From the NCBI GenBank assembly GCA_977016875.1, contig CDRNST010000054.1, positions 62,001 through 126,000 of the forward strand: a DNA stretch of 64,000 nucleotides, given 5' to 3'. Within the stretch, counting starts at the first letter, position 1; each line of letters starts with the position of its first letter. The stretch comes from Pavona decussata (taxonomy: Eukaryota). Positions 63,202-64,000 of the stretch are shown here, piece after piece. The translations under genes and the position numbers were made by a program. The notes beneath the pieces are model-generated. The model made no database searches. It worked only from the letters and a program-made list of their open reading frames with translations, and was not told the DNA's origin.

Positions 63202-64000
63202 ATATAAGAAAGCAGCTTATTGTATATAAACGCACTTGTACATTAAGTGTAAGTGTGCCAAATATCTTGTGACACCACAATAAGCTTTGAAATTAACTTT
63301 GTAGCCTTGATCCTCATGTGGTGGTCTCTTAGTAACTACCACCTCATCAATAGCTGCAGGGTATCAAAACAAACACTCATTTGCACTCAAAGTGGACCCA
63401 GCATGGACCCAACTCAGCTTTTTTAACTCAGCAGTCCCTCTGTCATAATAAATTTATTATTATCCAGTCCCAGTCTCCAGTTACTCTGCCCAGATTGGAG
63501 TCAAAGTTGTTTCGTAATTTTTGGTAGATCTCCTCAATTTTTCCCGTAAGGTGACAACAATTGCTATTTGGCCGTCCACGTAGTATACGAAGATTTTCTA
63601 CCTTTGATGTGGAATGATGTCTGACGATTGTTTCATATCCCTGTGGTGCCCACGCCAGAGAAGCCTTGCATTGCACTCCTGCAGGGAAATCCTGTAGTGT
63701 CGGACATGAGAAGTTCAACATTGCAATCTACAGGTAACCAAACCAACGGCTCTTTTAAGAGCCACCAAGTTTAAAAAAAGCTATGACAGCACGATACAGA
63801 GTGATCACATGGTAATGGCTCTCAGCAATAAAGGGTTTTGACTTGTCTAATTCGCCAACACGTTTTGCTTGAAGATAAATTAATCTAGCAACTGTTCAAA
63901 TTTGATTGAAATTAAACAAATCGCCCTCGTGTTGTAACTCTTAAAATTGTCCCCTTCAAGACAAAACATATAAAATAGTTTTTGAGAAAAGCGCTTAAAA

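Noticed and set aside
63443-63721. Minus-strand ORF as a real gene exon
   Set aside because: No recognisable motif, and alternative frames contain stops.

Overview
This 64 kb window is AT-rich eukaryotic (metazoan) DNA made almost entirely of nested transposable elements. Spliceosomal GT-AG introns and the element repertoire suggest a cnidarian, probably a stony coral (inference). No ordinary host gene, rRNA, tRNA or CRISPR array could be supported. Left part (1-29 kb): an L2/CR1-group LINE 3' end; a decayed P-superfamily-like transposase with Cys-rich, NHL-like beta-propeller and SAP insertions; a KolX/P2X7-C-terminal-like ORF; Gypsy and BEL/Pao remnants; two L1/Tx1 LINEs, one with a twin-priming-type inversion; and a Crypton-like tyrosine recombinase gene. 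Centre: a 24.4 kb EnSpm/CACTA element (29006-53375; CCCTTGTAGAA termini, AA TSD, AAGTATACTT subterminal repeats) with divergent genes for a Tnp2-type transposase and a BEN-domain protein. The transposase is interrupted by an intact Gypsy element with identical 159-bp LTRs. The BEN gene is interrupted by a 7.1 kb Mutator/foldback-like element with GGGAC-repeat TIRs and an uninterrupted main transposase exon. Right part: a spliced Kolobok-type transposase remnant, a Ulp1/C48 protease pseudogene and an 84-bp minisatellite. All family assignments come from motifs read by eye. No database searches were run.
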